A DNA stretch of 58,169 nucleotides, filler included, from Catajapyx aquilonaris (Eukaryota): NCBI GenBank assembly GCA_000934665.2. It is 3 parts of 3 records of this genome, joined end to end, with 100 filler letters (N's around TTAATTAATTAA, not from the genome) between each part and the next. Parts side by side here need not be neighbours in the genome. Positions count along the whole stretch, not along the records: positions 38,870 to 58,169 come from JYFJ02006486.1; 2 more parts are not named here. One strand, written 5' to 3'. Position numbers and translations under genes: made by a program. How positions within the stretch are numbered: position 1 is the stretch's first letter; each line of letters opens with the position of its first letter. The notes under the pieces are model-generated. The model had not been told where the DNA came from. It saw only the letters and a list, made by a program, of their open reading frames with translations, and did no database searches. Positions 39,030-52,032 of the stretch are shown here, in pieces.

Positions 39030-39830
39030 TACAAACTACCATTTATGCGACACTCGTTATACAATGGCACGTGAGATGCAAACCGGATCGTTTGATGACC
39101 ATTCGCACCTTTAAAAAAAAATATTGTGTATGTGAAGCACATTATCTCGGTAACTATGATACGGAGACGCACGATTCCTATACATGATCGCCTAGAACCA
39201 TTCAACCATCCCCATAGCGAACGTATAGATTAAATCCGAACCCTGTATACAGTACTACATTGATGTCAATGATTTGTTAAATAATGATAAAAACCATATA
39301 ATTATGTGTTTTGACTGCACACATTATTGAAATAAAGCGGAATCATTAAACTACTTCTCATTCGAATTTTTTAGCTCATTTTTAGACAGTAAAATAAACA
39401 CAAAAAGAAAAATTGTGTTAATATAGTCCTATCAGAAAAGCAGAATTAGGTTCACCTGGTCCATAAATAATTTAGTAGCCTACATAATGTTATAATTACC
39501 ACTTTTATGCGTACAATAATGAAATGAAGATGCCCTGCCACAATGTGTAATTCGGCCGAGAGTAAAATAATACCGTTGACTTTTTATACTGACCTTCATG
39601 ACCATGGTGGGTTTCTTCAAGGTTGATGATATTGACCTACACGTGTAGTATATATCGATTATTACGACACAACCTCTGTTACAGGCATAACGGGCGGAAA
39701 ACACTAATCAGTCGCAGCTTCACTTCCTATAGCAATGGAGTAGCACATGTGACTCGTGAGGAATTGGAGCCATGTCTGGTGCAGCTCATCAACGAGCTTC
39801 GACCACTCATTCGAAGATGTATTTTGCATT
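39030..39830 (+). pseudogene. takeout/JHBP remnant: MQY-type promoter interrupted before the ATG, plus an exon-2 fragment
   Basis: AAACCGGATCG..GATGACCATTCGCACC promoter block at about 39080-39110, then unrelated sequence, then HVTREELEPCLVQLINELRPLIR at about 39745-39818. No other exons. Confidence 0.8.
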
Positions 39831-41006
39831 AACGGTGGCGAGACAAGTGAGGCAAATAAAGATGTCATTCAATGTCTATAAGTGATCCATGTAGTTTTAA
39901 GCAACCGGTAACACTAGTCCAGATATCCCATATCCATGCAAACGCGAGTTTGTTTACGTGGTCGCCAAGGGCTCGCATTGTTACCGATTGTTACCGTATT
40001 TTTTTGCTAATGCGCCCCCTTAAAATCGGATCGGTATTGTGGAGAGTGAATTGATTGCTTATTATCAGTATTGAAGTCTGAACACATTCATGGTGACCGT
40101 AGTCTGGGGGAGAGGTCACAACAAGGGGAAAAAATTAGGGGAACTATCGCTTTCATACTATGAATAAGTGGTTGAAACCAGTCAATAAATTAGTCACCAA
40201 GAGAGTGACAGATGATGCCAAATAACCAGTATTTCTGTGGCTCAGAAAATATTTAATTTAATCAAAGCATGTACATCTTCCATGCTGAGATGTGTCCAAA
40301 AAACTAGTGTTCCAAGTTTCGTGTCTTTATCACCGAATCCTAGCCCCCTATTCAAATACAAACGAAACGCATGTTGCACAGTTTGTTAGATACGGCAACC
40401 ACGTGATAATGACCTCCAGCGGGGTCGGCCATCGTTTTCCCACATCCAGATGTATTCAGAAGGGTCAAAAAACTAATTCACCAAGTTTCACGTCTTTATC
40501 ACAAAATCCAAGCTCCTAATTCACATAGAGAAGTCTGATGCGCCCGTTAAATCTGGCAACCCCGCAAGTGACCTACAGCGGGAAATGAGGCAATGGGTAT
40601 GCTATCCGCAAAGTAGGCTAATGTTTTTCAAAAACACATTTTTTACTCGAATTTTTAAAAAGCAGCAGGAATCGGGGAAATGAGAATATATTTTAGTAAT
40701 AATAATTAATAATAATTAATAAATATTAATTTAATAATAAGGGGGAACAGAGATGTTTGAAATGTGGCGGGAGAAGAGAAATGCCCGAGTAAACCCACAC
40801 GAACACGGAGGGACACTAAAGGATTTCTCTTGATACTGGTATCAACAATGACCTTTGTGATGTGTCCTGATCGACCGTTTTGCTTTTGTCCAAGGTTACT
40901 TGCGACGCTAACGACGCGACGGTTTATGCAACTCTCGTTATGCAACGGAACCTGAAAATTGTAAACCGGATCGAAGGATGACCATTCGCATCTTAGCCTC
41001 TTAGCC

Positions 41007-42325
41007 ATGCAGTACAATATCTTTACATTCCTGCTTTGCATTACAGGCAGCGTGTTCGGAATCACACTAGGTCAGGTCAGGTGCACATTACATTGGTGAT
41101 ATTCGTGTGATACAGGTGTGATCTTAACAGTAATTAGTTTTGCAGATGAGGCGTACAGGCGTTGCAAGCATGTGACGCGTGAGGAATTGGAGCCATGTGT
41201 GGTGCAACTCATCAACGATCTTCGACCACTCATTCGAAAAGGTACTAGTTCAGTTCTTGAAGCTTTCTCTCCTTCCAGGTATATAAAGAATACCATACTT
41301 TTAATATAGAAATGCTTCTTCTTTATAATTATGGTCCTGAACCTTGACCTTTCAGGTATCCCTGAGCTGGACATCAAAGGTAATAAAGTTTACTGCGAAC
41401 CATTCGGCTACGATACGAGAGAAGGACCTGACAATTATTTGGCCACTGTCTTCGACAATATGGTTGTCAGAGGATATCACGACTTCGAGATGAAGTATCT
41501 CAAGTAGGAATCAATTTTAAAATGATGTAACTTATTGTAATATAGATCCAAATCATTGGCATTCTTTGTGCAGGGTGGTCTACGATGAAAAGGTGGCAGC
41601 TTGGTCCGTGCTTTTTCCACAACTTCATGCCACTTCTCGATACATCATGGACGCTAAGGTGCTCTACTTTCCACTTTACGGAAATGGAACCACTTTCATG
41701 AATATAGGTAAACAAATTATCCCCACACTGTCATAGATAAGCAAATAATATGCCTGCATAAATTTTATTCAGAAAATGTTCAATATAACGGCATCTCCAA
41801 GCTGGATGTCCAGAAGATCAAGGGGAACTGGCGACTGCAGGAGGTTGACACTGACTTTACCTTTGCCTATGAAAACCTCGATATTAAATTCAGCAACCTA
41901 TGCGATGGAAATGAGGCCATGGGTATGTAATCTACCGGACTCAGTAATACGACAGGTTTCAAAAACACTGACAATCCGAATTTAAAATATAATAGCGGTT
42001 AAGAGAAGAGTTCAAACGTCATATAACTACACTTGGAAAATAGGTTTTTGGAGTGTGTGAGGAGAAGAAAAAAACCCTAGTGAACCCAAACGAACACGGA
42101 GAGAGACACTTTGGAGTTACTGACAAGCACTGTAATTCATTTGCAGAAGCAGCAGCCTCTCAGTTCATGGAGTCCAATGGCGATGCACTGATGAACATGA
42201 TGAGACCGAGTGCAAGAAAATTATTCCGAAAGTTCACTGCAAACATAGTCAACAATGTTCTGAGCAAAATATCACTGGAAGACCTCGCAGGAAGCCAATA
42301 TCTGAAGGAAGCATTTGAATTGTAA
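41007..42325 (+). CDS. takeout/JHBP-family secreted protein, copy A (exons 41007-41070, 41146-41241, 41356-41503, 41574-41707, 41773-41922, 42147-42325; 256 aa)
   Basis: Signal peptide MQYNIFTFLLCITGSVFG, N-terminal Cys pair, LRPLI.KGIPEL...EP, LYGNG, FSNL.DG and a C-terminal helix, matching the takeout/JHBP layout. All introns are GT-AG and the frame is intact. Confidence 0.9.
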
Positions 42326-42893
42326 ATATTTTGTATTGTCCCATTTTACGGCTGAAATAAATATGGATTATTGTTGCTATTTCATTGTTGAGAAGATTAA
42401 GATTGTCACCTGCTGTCCCAACATTTTAGTGCAAAATATAAGTTTATAGTAACTTGAGAGAAGACCCGCCGGCAAGCAGAACAAACAATAAAAAATAGTT
42501 GCTTCACTACAATTTTTCTTTTCTTTTTATGGCTAAACTGAACCTATTTTCATCATTTTTGATCCTCGTCGTCAGACCTTGCTGATTATCATACAGGTTG
42601 GGACTAGGTGTCCCAACATACATACATACACTAGCAATAAGGTGAATGTATTGCTTTCAGTTGTAGGTCTATGGCCGGATTCTTATAAATTAATCTTACA
42701 GTAACCTTGCATTGCACTTCGTTACATAGTCACATTAATCTGTATGATGCCTATAGTTGATTCCACCAAGTCTCCCCGGCAGAATGTTAACTTGTTTTTA
42801 TGTAACTCCTGTAATGAAACCTATATATCTGGAGGGCACACTGCTTGTGAACAAGAGAGTCGTCATTTGTCCTCTGTCCAGATAACCAAACAG

Positions 42894-44433
42894 ATGAAGT
42901 CCTTACTCATCTTCTGCCTTTTGAGCAGCTCCTGTGCAATCACACTTGGTGAGATTATATTTAACTGTTTAAACTTTTAAAGCATGTGCTATTTAAAAAC
43001 ATGCAGTATATGATTTGTAATTCCTAGATGAGGCGTACAAGAGATGCAAGAATGTAACGCGCGAAGAATTGGAGCCATGTCTGGTGCAACTCATCAACGA
43101 CCTTCGACCACTCATCAGAGAAGGTATTTACAACAGTGTGAGGGAAACTGGAGTGATCTGGCATTAGTGTAGAGATGTTTGTTACTGCATAGTATTACAA
43201 CAACGAGAAAAGTTATGTAGTCGACTAAGGATATAACAGCCCCTTGGTGGGAAAATGCCCTGCTTTTTATTCCCTGGTGTCACCGGTACGTAGGAAAGCA
43301 CTGCATAGGACAGGGGGTGATTTTTCCATCTGTCACTGATTTAAGCTATCTACTCACAAGGTTGAGGGGCATAATTATGTTCCCTGCTGTTTAATGCATC
43401 GGTAGTCTTAATCCTTTGTGCTGGGTCAGAGCTGACCTTGATTCCCAGACATGGGTACCCAGTAGCCGAGCCTATTCATGATCGCCCTTGTATATTCCAG
43501 GCATCCCTGAGCTGGGCATCAAAGACGGAAAAGTAAAGTCAGAACCATTCGGCTACGATGTGGGTGAAAAACCTCACAATTATGTGGTGGCTTCCTTCGA
43601 TAATATGGTTGTCAGAGGCTTTCACAACTTTCAGATGAAATATCTCAAGTACGAATCACTTTCAGCATAAAGTAATATTCATTGTTATCAACATCGATAT
43701 CACTGTGGTCTTTGTACAGGGTGGACTACGTTGAAAAGGTGGCAGCATGGTCGGCACTTGTTCCGGAAATGCAATTAGTTACCCAGTACATCATGGATGC
43801 AAAAGTTCTTTACTTTCCACTATATGGAAATGGAACCGCTTTCATGAAAACAGGTGAAGGAATAATTGCCCCCACACTGAAATATGGAATCTAATAATGT
43901 CTGCATGATTTTTTTCAGAGAATGTGCAATGGAATGGAATCTCCAAGCTGGATGTTCAGAAAATCAACGGGGAATGGCGTCTGCAGGAGGTTGACACTGA
44001 CTTGTCCTTTGCATACGAAAATATCGGCTTAAAATTCAACAACCTGTGCGATGGAGATGAGGCCATGGGTCTGTGATCTGTATATTAATATTCCAGGTTT
44101 CAAAAACAAAAACATTATACGCGATTTTTTAAAGCAGGAGTAATCCGGGAAAGGGGAAGACAGCAATAGCCTCTTCAAAAATTTGCCATCGTACCCCTGT
44201 ACCCATCATGCTCAGGTCTCCCCTATACTGACAAGTACACTGATTCATTTGCAGAAGCAGCAGCCTCTCAGTTCATGGAGTCCAATGCCGATGCACTGAT
44301 GAACATGGTGAGACCCGGTGCAAGAAAAATATTCCGACAGTTCACTGGAAGCATGGTCAACAAGGTATTGAGCAAAATATCTCTGGAAGACCTGGCAGGA
44401 AGCCAATATCTGAAGGAAGCATGTGGATTGTAG
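42894..44433 (+). CDS. takeout/JHBP-family protein, copy B (exons 42894-42948, 43028-43123, 43501-43648, 43720-43853, 43919-44068, 44255-44433; 253 aa)
   Basis: MKSL-type signal exon. Exons 2-6 have the same lengths (96/148/134/150/179) as copy A. Intact. Confidence 0.9.
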
Positions 44434-44820
44434 ATATTTTGTTATCAACCTGGTGGTGTGTATGGTTGAAAATAACTTTGTAATATGACGCAAGTATGGA
44501 AGTAGGGTGAAGTATGATATATATTTTCTGTTCCATCTTACTTGCCATCAAAGTTTTATTTTTGTCCAAACTGAGTTAGAAATAATTGTCCGGCAGTGCG
44601 TAATGTACAGTACATGACGACGAAACACCGACAATAAAAAGGATTTGTTTAACAATATTAACTTATTTGAATGTGGAGAAACATTTATCACTACCTTGTT
44701 TTTTTTATCACACGAGTTATTTGTGACGCTAATGACTGTTCATGTAATACTCGTTATGCAACGGAACCTGAAATGCAAACCGGATCGAAGGATGACCATT
44801 CGCACCTTTGCCTCTGAACC

Positions 44821-46368
44821 ATGCAGTACAAGTCCTTTGCATTCCTGCTTTGCATTACAGGCAGCGTGTTCGGAATCACACTAGGTCAGGTCAGATGGAC
44901 ATTACAAGGTGATATTCGTCTGATATAAGTGTCATTTTAACCGCAATTACGTTTCCAGATGAGGCATACAAGCGATGCAAGCATGTGACGCGCGAGGAAT
45001 TGGAGCCATGTCTGGTGCAACTCATCAACGACCTTCGACCACTCATTCAAACAGGTATTTTCATCACTTTGAGGGAGACAAGTTTAAGATAATTATAACA
45101 GCCTCGATATATACAGCCAAGGGATTGGTAGGCATTTTATGCTGGAGTGGGGAGGATTTTCCCATCTGTCACCGATCTTAGCTTTTTAGTGTTTCATTTA
45201 AAGTTTAAGGCACTCGTGTGCTCTGTCCAATGTTTCCGGGAGTCTTAACGAATTGCCCTCCTTTTTGACAAGTCACAGAGCTGACCTTTCTTTTAAGTGA
45301 CCTATTTGACTTTGTGTATTCCTAGAAAAAGTGGCTATTTGACTACGACGGACCTAAGTTATAATCACGTGATTTTCGTGGCCCCGTAAAGAAGGTTATA
45401 TTTGGAGTATACTCGTAATTGCACACTGCAGAACCTGCTTCAGTGACTTCCCCACTTACTAATGCATATAATAACTTCTAGGTCATTAGACCCGCTACAA
45501 TAAAACTTTTCATTTAAATGATGGTAACCCTTGACCTTCCAGGCATACCAGAGCTGGGCCTTAAAGGTGGGAAACTATCCAGCGAACCATTCAGCCACGA
45601 CAACAGAGAAGGCCCCAACAATTATCTGGTGGCGTCCTTCGACAGTATGGTTTGCAGAGGTTATCATGACATGGAGATGACATACCTCAAGTACGATACA
45701 ATTTTAAAATACTAGTGAACTTTGTTGTAATGGACATCAAGATTGTTGCTCTCTTTGTGAAGGGTGGACTACGATGAAAAGGTGGCGGCGTGGTCAGTGT
45801 TTATTCCAAAAATGCAAACAGTTTCCCAGTACATCATGGACGCAAAAGTGCTATTCTTTCCACTCTATGGAAATGGAACCGCTTGGATGGATGCAGGTGA
45901 AAGAATTGTTCACACTGTAATTATTGGTAAACTAAAATAATACATACCGGTATGTATGCGTTTATTCAGACAATGTTCATCTTAATGGCATCTCCAAGCT
46001 AGATGTTCAGAAAATCAACGGGGAATGGCGTCTGCAGGAAGTTGACACTGACTTGACCTTTGCGTTGGAAAAGGTCCACTTCAAATTCAGCAACCTGTGC
46101 GATGGAAATGAGGCCATGGGTATGCTATTTGTACAGCAAAATTCCATGTTTTAAAAACGTACGTATTACTGACTTTGATCCATTTGCAGAAGTGGCGGCG
46201 TCTCAATTCCTGGAGTCCAACACCGATGCCCTAACCAACATGTGTAGACCTGGTGCAAGAAAACTATTCCGAAAGTTCACCGACAACATGGTCAACAAAG
46301 TTCTGAGCAAAATATCGCTGGAAGATATGGCAGGAAGCCAATATCTGAAGGAAGCATTTCAGTTGTAA
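44821..46368 (+). CDS. takeout/JHBP-family protein, copy C (exons 44821-44884, 44959-45054, 45543-45690, 45763-45896, 45970-46119, 46190-46368)
   Basis: MQY-type exon 1, conserved exon lengths, intact. The exon 4 acceptor is the weaker AAG. Confidence 0.88.
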
Positions 46369-46655
46369 CAATTTTTGTGTATTTACCCATTGCAATGTAT
46401 GAGACGATTTTTGTGAAATGATGTACAGCAGTGCGTAGTACTGTATTAAAACTATTTTTGACATCCACTTTCATGTCAGTCACCACAGTGTGCACATTTT
46501 CTCTCCTTGAATAGCACCGCCTTTGAAAAACCACTTGCCTTTGCCAAGAGTTACCTGTGACGCTAACGACCATTTATGCAACGCTCGTTATACAATGACA
46601 CTTCAGATGTAAACTGCATCGTATGATGACCATTCGCACCTTTGCGTCCTGAGCC

Positions 46656-48011
46656 ATGCAGTACAAGATCTTTGCATTCCTGCTCTGTATTACAGGCGGC
46701 GTCTGCGGAATCTCACTAGGTCAGGTCAGATGTACTATCGGGTTCAAATACTTTTGGCCACTTTATCCTGGTATTGAAACTACCCTTCGCACAGACCCCA
46801 CGTTAAGGAGGTGTGTGTGTGTGAAGGGTTATTTCAAGACCAGGATAAAGTGGCCAAAAGTATTTTTGAACCCGATAGTACATTACAAATGAGATGTAGG
46901 CTACGGATAAAATTGTGAATATGATTTTAACATTAGCTAGTTTTACAGATGAGGCGTACAAGCGATGTAAGAATGTGACACGCGAGGAATTGGAGCCATG
47001 TGTGGTGCAACTCATCAACGACCTTCGACCACTCATTCGAACAGGTATTTGCATCAGTTTGAATAGTGTCAGTTAGTCAGGTTTTCCCTTTTTCCACGTA
47101 CCGGTATACGTAAAGGATATCAAAATAAAAAATTGCAATCTTGTGAACCTTGACCTTCCAGGCATTCCAGAGTTGGGCCTCAAACGTGGCAAAATAAATG
47201 CCATTCCATTTGTCTGCGACCACAAAGAAGGCCCTAACAATTATGTAACGACTTCCTTAGACAGTACAGTTGTGAGAGGCTTTCACGATATTGAGATGAA
47301 GTACCTCAAGTGCGCATTTAAATAAATATATTTTATTACAGTTAGCATGATAATAATTGTGTTCTTTGTGCAGGGTGGACTACGATGAAAAGGTGGCGGC
47401 GTGGTCCGTGCTTTTTCCGAAACTGAGAGTGGTCGGTCAGTACATCATGGATGCCAAAGTGCTCTTCTTTCCACTCTATGGAAATGGAACCACCTGGTTC
47501 GTGCAGGTGAAGAAATAGTCCACACTGTCATTTGGAGAATAATATATGTGCATGTATCTATTCAGACAATTATCAAATGAATGGCATCTCCAAGCTGGAT
47601 ATTCAGAAGATCAACGGGGATTGGCGTCTGCAGGAGGTTGACACTGACATGACCTTTGCCTACGAAAATGCCGAAATGAAGTTCACCAACATGTGTAATG
47701 GAAATGAGGCCATGGGTACGTATTCTACGTAATACTCCAGCTAGTTTCAATATTATAGACAGTGGGTACCACGAGTGAATCCACACGAATAGAAACACTA
47801 TAGGAGTGACAATCGCTCTGATTCATTTGCAGAAGAAGCAGCTTCTCAATTTTTGGGATCCAACCTGGATGCCCTGATGAACCTGCTCAAACCTGGAGTA
47901 AGGAAACAATTCAGACAGATGACTGGAGACATGGTCAACAAGGTTCTGAGCAAAATATCACTGGAAGACCTGGCAGGAAGCGAATATCTGAAGGAAGCAT
48001 TTGGGTTGTAG
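46656..48011 (+). pseudogene. takeout/JHBP copy D with a 1-nt deletion at the end of exon 4 (exons 46656-46719, 46949-47044, 47162-47309, 47374-47506, 47566-47715, 47833-48011)
   Basis: Exon 4 is 133 nt instead of 134 (TGG TTC GTG CAG|GT), so exon 5 reads ACA ATT ATC AAA TGA. Could be an assembly error. Confidence 0.7.
46735..46878. mobile_element. 144-bp hairpin MITE with TA TSD in intron 1 of copy D
   Basis: CTATCGGGTTCAAATACTTTTGGCCACTTTATCCTGG...CCAGGATAAAGTGGCCAAAAGTATTTTTGAACCCGATAG between TA dinucleotides. Paralogous introns lack it. Confidence 0.9.
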
Positions 48012-48341
48012 ACATAGTATATTCCCAGCAGTGTATGAATGAAATAAGTATGGAAAAATTAACGTACTATATGGAGCTTGTTATCAATCATACAGTGATT
48101 ACAATACTCATTAAAATGTATTGTTTTGAGCCTGAAACTTGCCACTGTGTGTAACCTAATTTCACGGAGATTAAATAGATGATTAAATATTACTTTAGCT
48201 GACTTTACACTGACCTTTATGATGTGCTCCTGATCGACTGCTCGTTTTTTCGACGACTGTTTACGTGACGCTCGTTATGAAACTGTCCCTGGGATGCAAA
48301 CCGGATCGAAGGATGACCATTCGCACCTTTACCGCTGAGCC

Positions 48342-48409
48342 ATGCAGTATATACAAGTCCTTTGCATTCCTGCTCTGGATTACAGGCAGCGTCTTCGGAA
48401 TCACACTAG
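48342..48409 (+). pseudogene. Orphan MQY-type exon 1 with a 4-bp frameshifting insertion
   Basis: ATGCAGTATATACAAG versus ATGCAGTACAAG in paralogs. Promoter block and donor are intact, but it has no exons 2-6 of its own. Confidence 0.85.
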
Positions 48410-48848
48410 GTCAGGTTAAATGTACATTTCATCGACACCGCTCCTTACATTAATTTTATTATGACCTGAAATGACCCTACTTCGATCATTTCTTAAACTA
48501 GTCATCAGAGCTTGAGGAAAATCCTGCAGGCGGCAACGAACTGAGTGATTATATAAACTGTCAATGAGGTGAATGTAATGCTTTCAATGGGTCTATGGCC
48601 GTATTCTTGTGAATCGATCTTATAACAACTAAGCAACCTTGGAGTGCCCTTTGTTACATATTCACAGGTTCTTCTCTATATATAAAATAATAATTATGCA
48701 CTCTGCAGATGATTCCACCAAGTCTAACTGGTAAAATGGAAACTCCTTGTTATATAATTATTGTTATGAAACAGTATGAAGCGCACACTGCTGGTGTACA
48801 TTAAATTATTAGTGTCGTCATTCGTCCTCTGTCCACAGAACCAAGCAG

Positions 48849-50137
48849 ATGAAGTCCTTATTCATCTTGTGCCTTTTTGGAAGTGGCTGTGCCATCAACC
48901 TTGGTGAGAATCTATTGATATGTTGGAACCTTTAAATTCAAAGCATTTACTATTTAAAATTATGCAATCCGCCAGTATATCTGTAATTCCTAGATGAGGC
49001 GTACAAGCGATGCAAGAATGTGACTCGCGATGAATTGGAGCCATGTCTGGTGAAACTCATCAACGACCTTCGCCCACTCATTCAAACAGGTATTTACCAT
49101 CAGTGTGAATTTATAAGGAATGCGAGTTAGTTGCAGCGATTTCTACAATAACCGTGAACTTGTACTGTACTTTCCAGGCATCCCCGAGCTGGGCCTCAAA
49201 GGTAACACATTAAACGCCATTCCACTGGTTTACGACGTGAGAGAAGACCCTAACAATTATGTGGTCCTTTCCTACGACGGCGTGGTTCTCAGAGGCTTTC
49301 ATGACTTCCAGATGAAGTACCTGAAGTACGTGTTTTTTAATGTACCATGTTGGAGTGAACATCCTAATCATTTCGTTCTGTATAGGGTTGACTACGATGA
49401 AAAGGTGGCCGCATGGTCAGTGCTTCTTCCGAAGACACGGGGCGTTTCTCAGTACATCATGGATGCAAAGGTGCTCTACTTTCCACTCTATGGAAATGGA
49501 ACCGCTTTCTGGAATACAAGTGAGAAAAGTACCCAAAGTAATCGGGAAAATAATATTACAATAAGTGCGAAATTTCTTTCAGAGAATGTTCAGTTTAATG
49601 GCATCTCCAAGCTGGATGTTCAGAAGATCGACGGGGACTGGCGACTGCAAGAGGTTGACACTGACTTGACATTTGCTTACGAAAAGGTCGACTTCAAATT
49701 CACCAACCTGTGCGATGGAAATGAGGCCATGGGTACGCAATCTACACATTCATAGTCCAGGTTTAAACAATTATATTGAATTCACCCGTTCTTAAAAAGC
49801 AGCAATCAAGGGGCAGGTATGGAGTTCAAGTCTTACATACGAGAACACGGGGGAAAAGAGTAGTGGAGAACCGGAGAACTCCGAGTGAACCCACACGAAC
49901 ACAGAGAGAAACACCAGGATTTAACTTACTGACAAGCCCTTTGATTCACTTGCAGAAGCAGCAGCCTCTGAATTCATGAAGACCAACGTCGATGATCTGA
50001 TTAACTTGATGAGACCCGGTGCAAGAAAAATATTCCGACACATCACTGGAAACATGGTCAACAAAGTTCTGAGCAAAATATCTCTGGAAGATCTGGCAGG
50101 AAACCAATATCTGAAGGAAGCATTTTTTGAGTTGTAG
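48849..50137 (+). CDS. takeout/JHBP-family protein, copy E (exons 48849-48903, 48994-49089, 49178-49325, 49386-49519, 49583-49732, 49956-50137; 254 aa)
   Basis: MKSL-type exon 1, intact frame, one extra Phe codon near the C-terminus. Confidence 0.9.
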
Positions 50138-51053
50138 ATATGTTTTGTGTCATTCCAATATGGCTGAACTAATTACGAGAAAATAATGTACATCTAAAAA
50201 TACAGTACGCCTACGACGTAATGTAGGGACTATGTACAGTGCTTGAAGTTATGTCTTATTCTCAATGACATTGGCATATTGAGGTGTACAAAAAATCTCC
50301 CAAAGGAAAGGTGGGGCGAATAAGCCGAAGAATTTTTATCAAGGGGGTACTCACTTCGGTACTCCGGTGTACACTTGCAGTGGTACTCCTTGGTACTCTT
50401 TGGTAGGCCTACTCCTTGAATTTGGTACTCCGGTGTACACTTTACAGTCGCTACTTTTCCTAGTTTCTGGTGGGCCAATTCACACTCTGTTGGATATTAT
50501 GATAGACCGTATATGAAGACGTGAAATGCAGAAATTTTCGTTCGAGGCATTTTTTGGTTAACATACTGCATAAAAGCAGAAACACTGTGTAACTGAATGT
50601 AAACCTAAAATACTCATAATGAGTTCAACCATCAGATTGTATGTACAATGAAAATGCCGAAGTGAGCTGGTAGTCTGAGGCACCACTCCTAATGTGTAAT
50701 ATTAGGATATTTTACTGAGTTCGTCTTCAAGTGTTCCACTACTCGTAATAAACCGTTTTGATCATGAGACTTCCAAGTGTGTGCTTAATTTCCCCAAAAA
50801 AGCCTATTTCTGTTCCTTTCAACACTGACCTTTATGATGTGCTCCTGATTGACCTGGGGATATGCAGTAACATTGGACGCCATCATGGTTTTGGGTCACA
50901 AGAAACCAAAATACAGACTTTTAATCTCGATTTTCGACACGACAACACGGGGGAAAAGTGAAGTGGTGTACCGCGGAAATCCGAGTGAACCCACACGAAC
51001 ATGGAGAGACACCAGGATTTAACTTACTGACAAGAACTTTGATTCATTTGCAG

Positions 51054-51235
51054 AAGAAGCAGCCTCTCAATAATTCATGAAGACCAACATCGATGCCATT
51101 GTAAACATCATCAGACCCGGTACACGAAAAATATTCAGACAGTTCACTGCCAATGTGGTCAATAAGGTTCTTAGCAAAATATCACTGGAAGACCTCGCAG
51201 GAAGCCCATATTTGAATAAATCGTTCGATTTGTAA
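51054..51235 (+). pseudogene. Orphan exon 6 of a deleted takeout/JHBP copy (F) with an in-frame stop
   Basis: EEAASQ*FMKTNIDAIVNIIRPG...LEDLAGSPYLNKSFDL*. Exons 1-5 are absent upstream. Confidence 0.88.
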
Positions 51236-52032
51236 ATGTGTTGTGTCATCACAGTTTATGGTTGGAATAAACAATGTAACTGATACATAATATTAATTCA
51301 ATTTTGATTTCGTGATATTTGTTGAGACATTTCAAATCATTGCACTTCCAAAGATGCCAAAGATACATTTACCATAACCAGGGAAGAATGTCCCTCTACT
51401 TCGTCTGCAATGTAGTGCAAAACAGGAACACAACTTGAGAAAAGACATGTTGTCCAGAAAAACAACAACAAAATTAGTGCATCACGATAAATATTTTTCT
51501 TTCCTGACGTCTACTGAACCTACTTTCATCATTTTCGTACCCAAGCCGTCAGTACGTCACACCTACCATTCTGAAAAACCCGCAGGCAGAAACCGTGCAA
51601 TCACTGCAATGAACTTTACACTAATAATGAGGTGAATGTAATGCCTCCTGTGGGTCTAATGACACATTCTTATGAATGAATTTTATTGTAACCTTGTAAT
51701 GCCCTTCGTTACATTTTCAAGCTCATCTGCATACCCACTAATTCCACCAAGCCTCACTGGTAGAATGTAAACTATACTTTTTGTTATAAAAATAAATTAT
51801 AATATTCATGTTATAAACCGTAGTATGAAAGGCACACTGTGCTGAATACAATAGTCGTCATTCGTTATTTGTCCACAGAACTATCTACATGCTGACTACA
51901 GTTTGTTCTACCCAGTCTCACTGGTAGAAGGCGAACTCCTTGTTATATAATTCCTGTTATGAAACAGTTGCAAGGCACACTGTTGGTGAACATCGCCGCC
52001 ATCATTCGTCCTCTGTCTACAGAACCAAGCAG

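Noticed and set aside
49120..49755. 211-aa single ORF
   Set aside because: Read-through of exons 3-5 of copy E via stop-free introns, not a separate gene.
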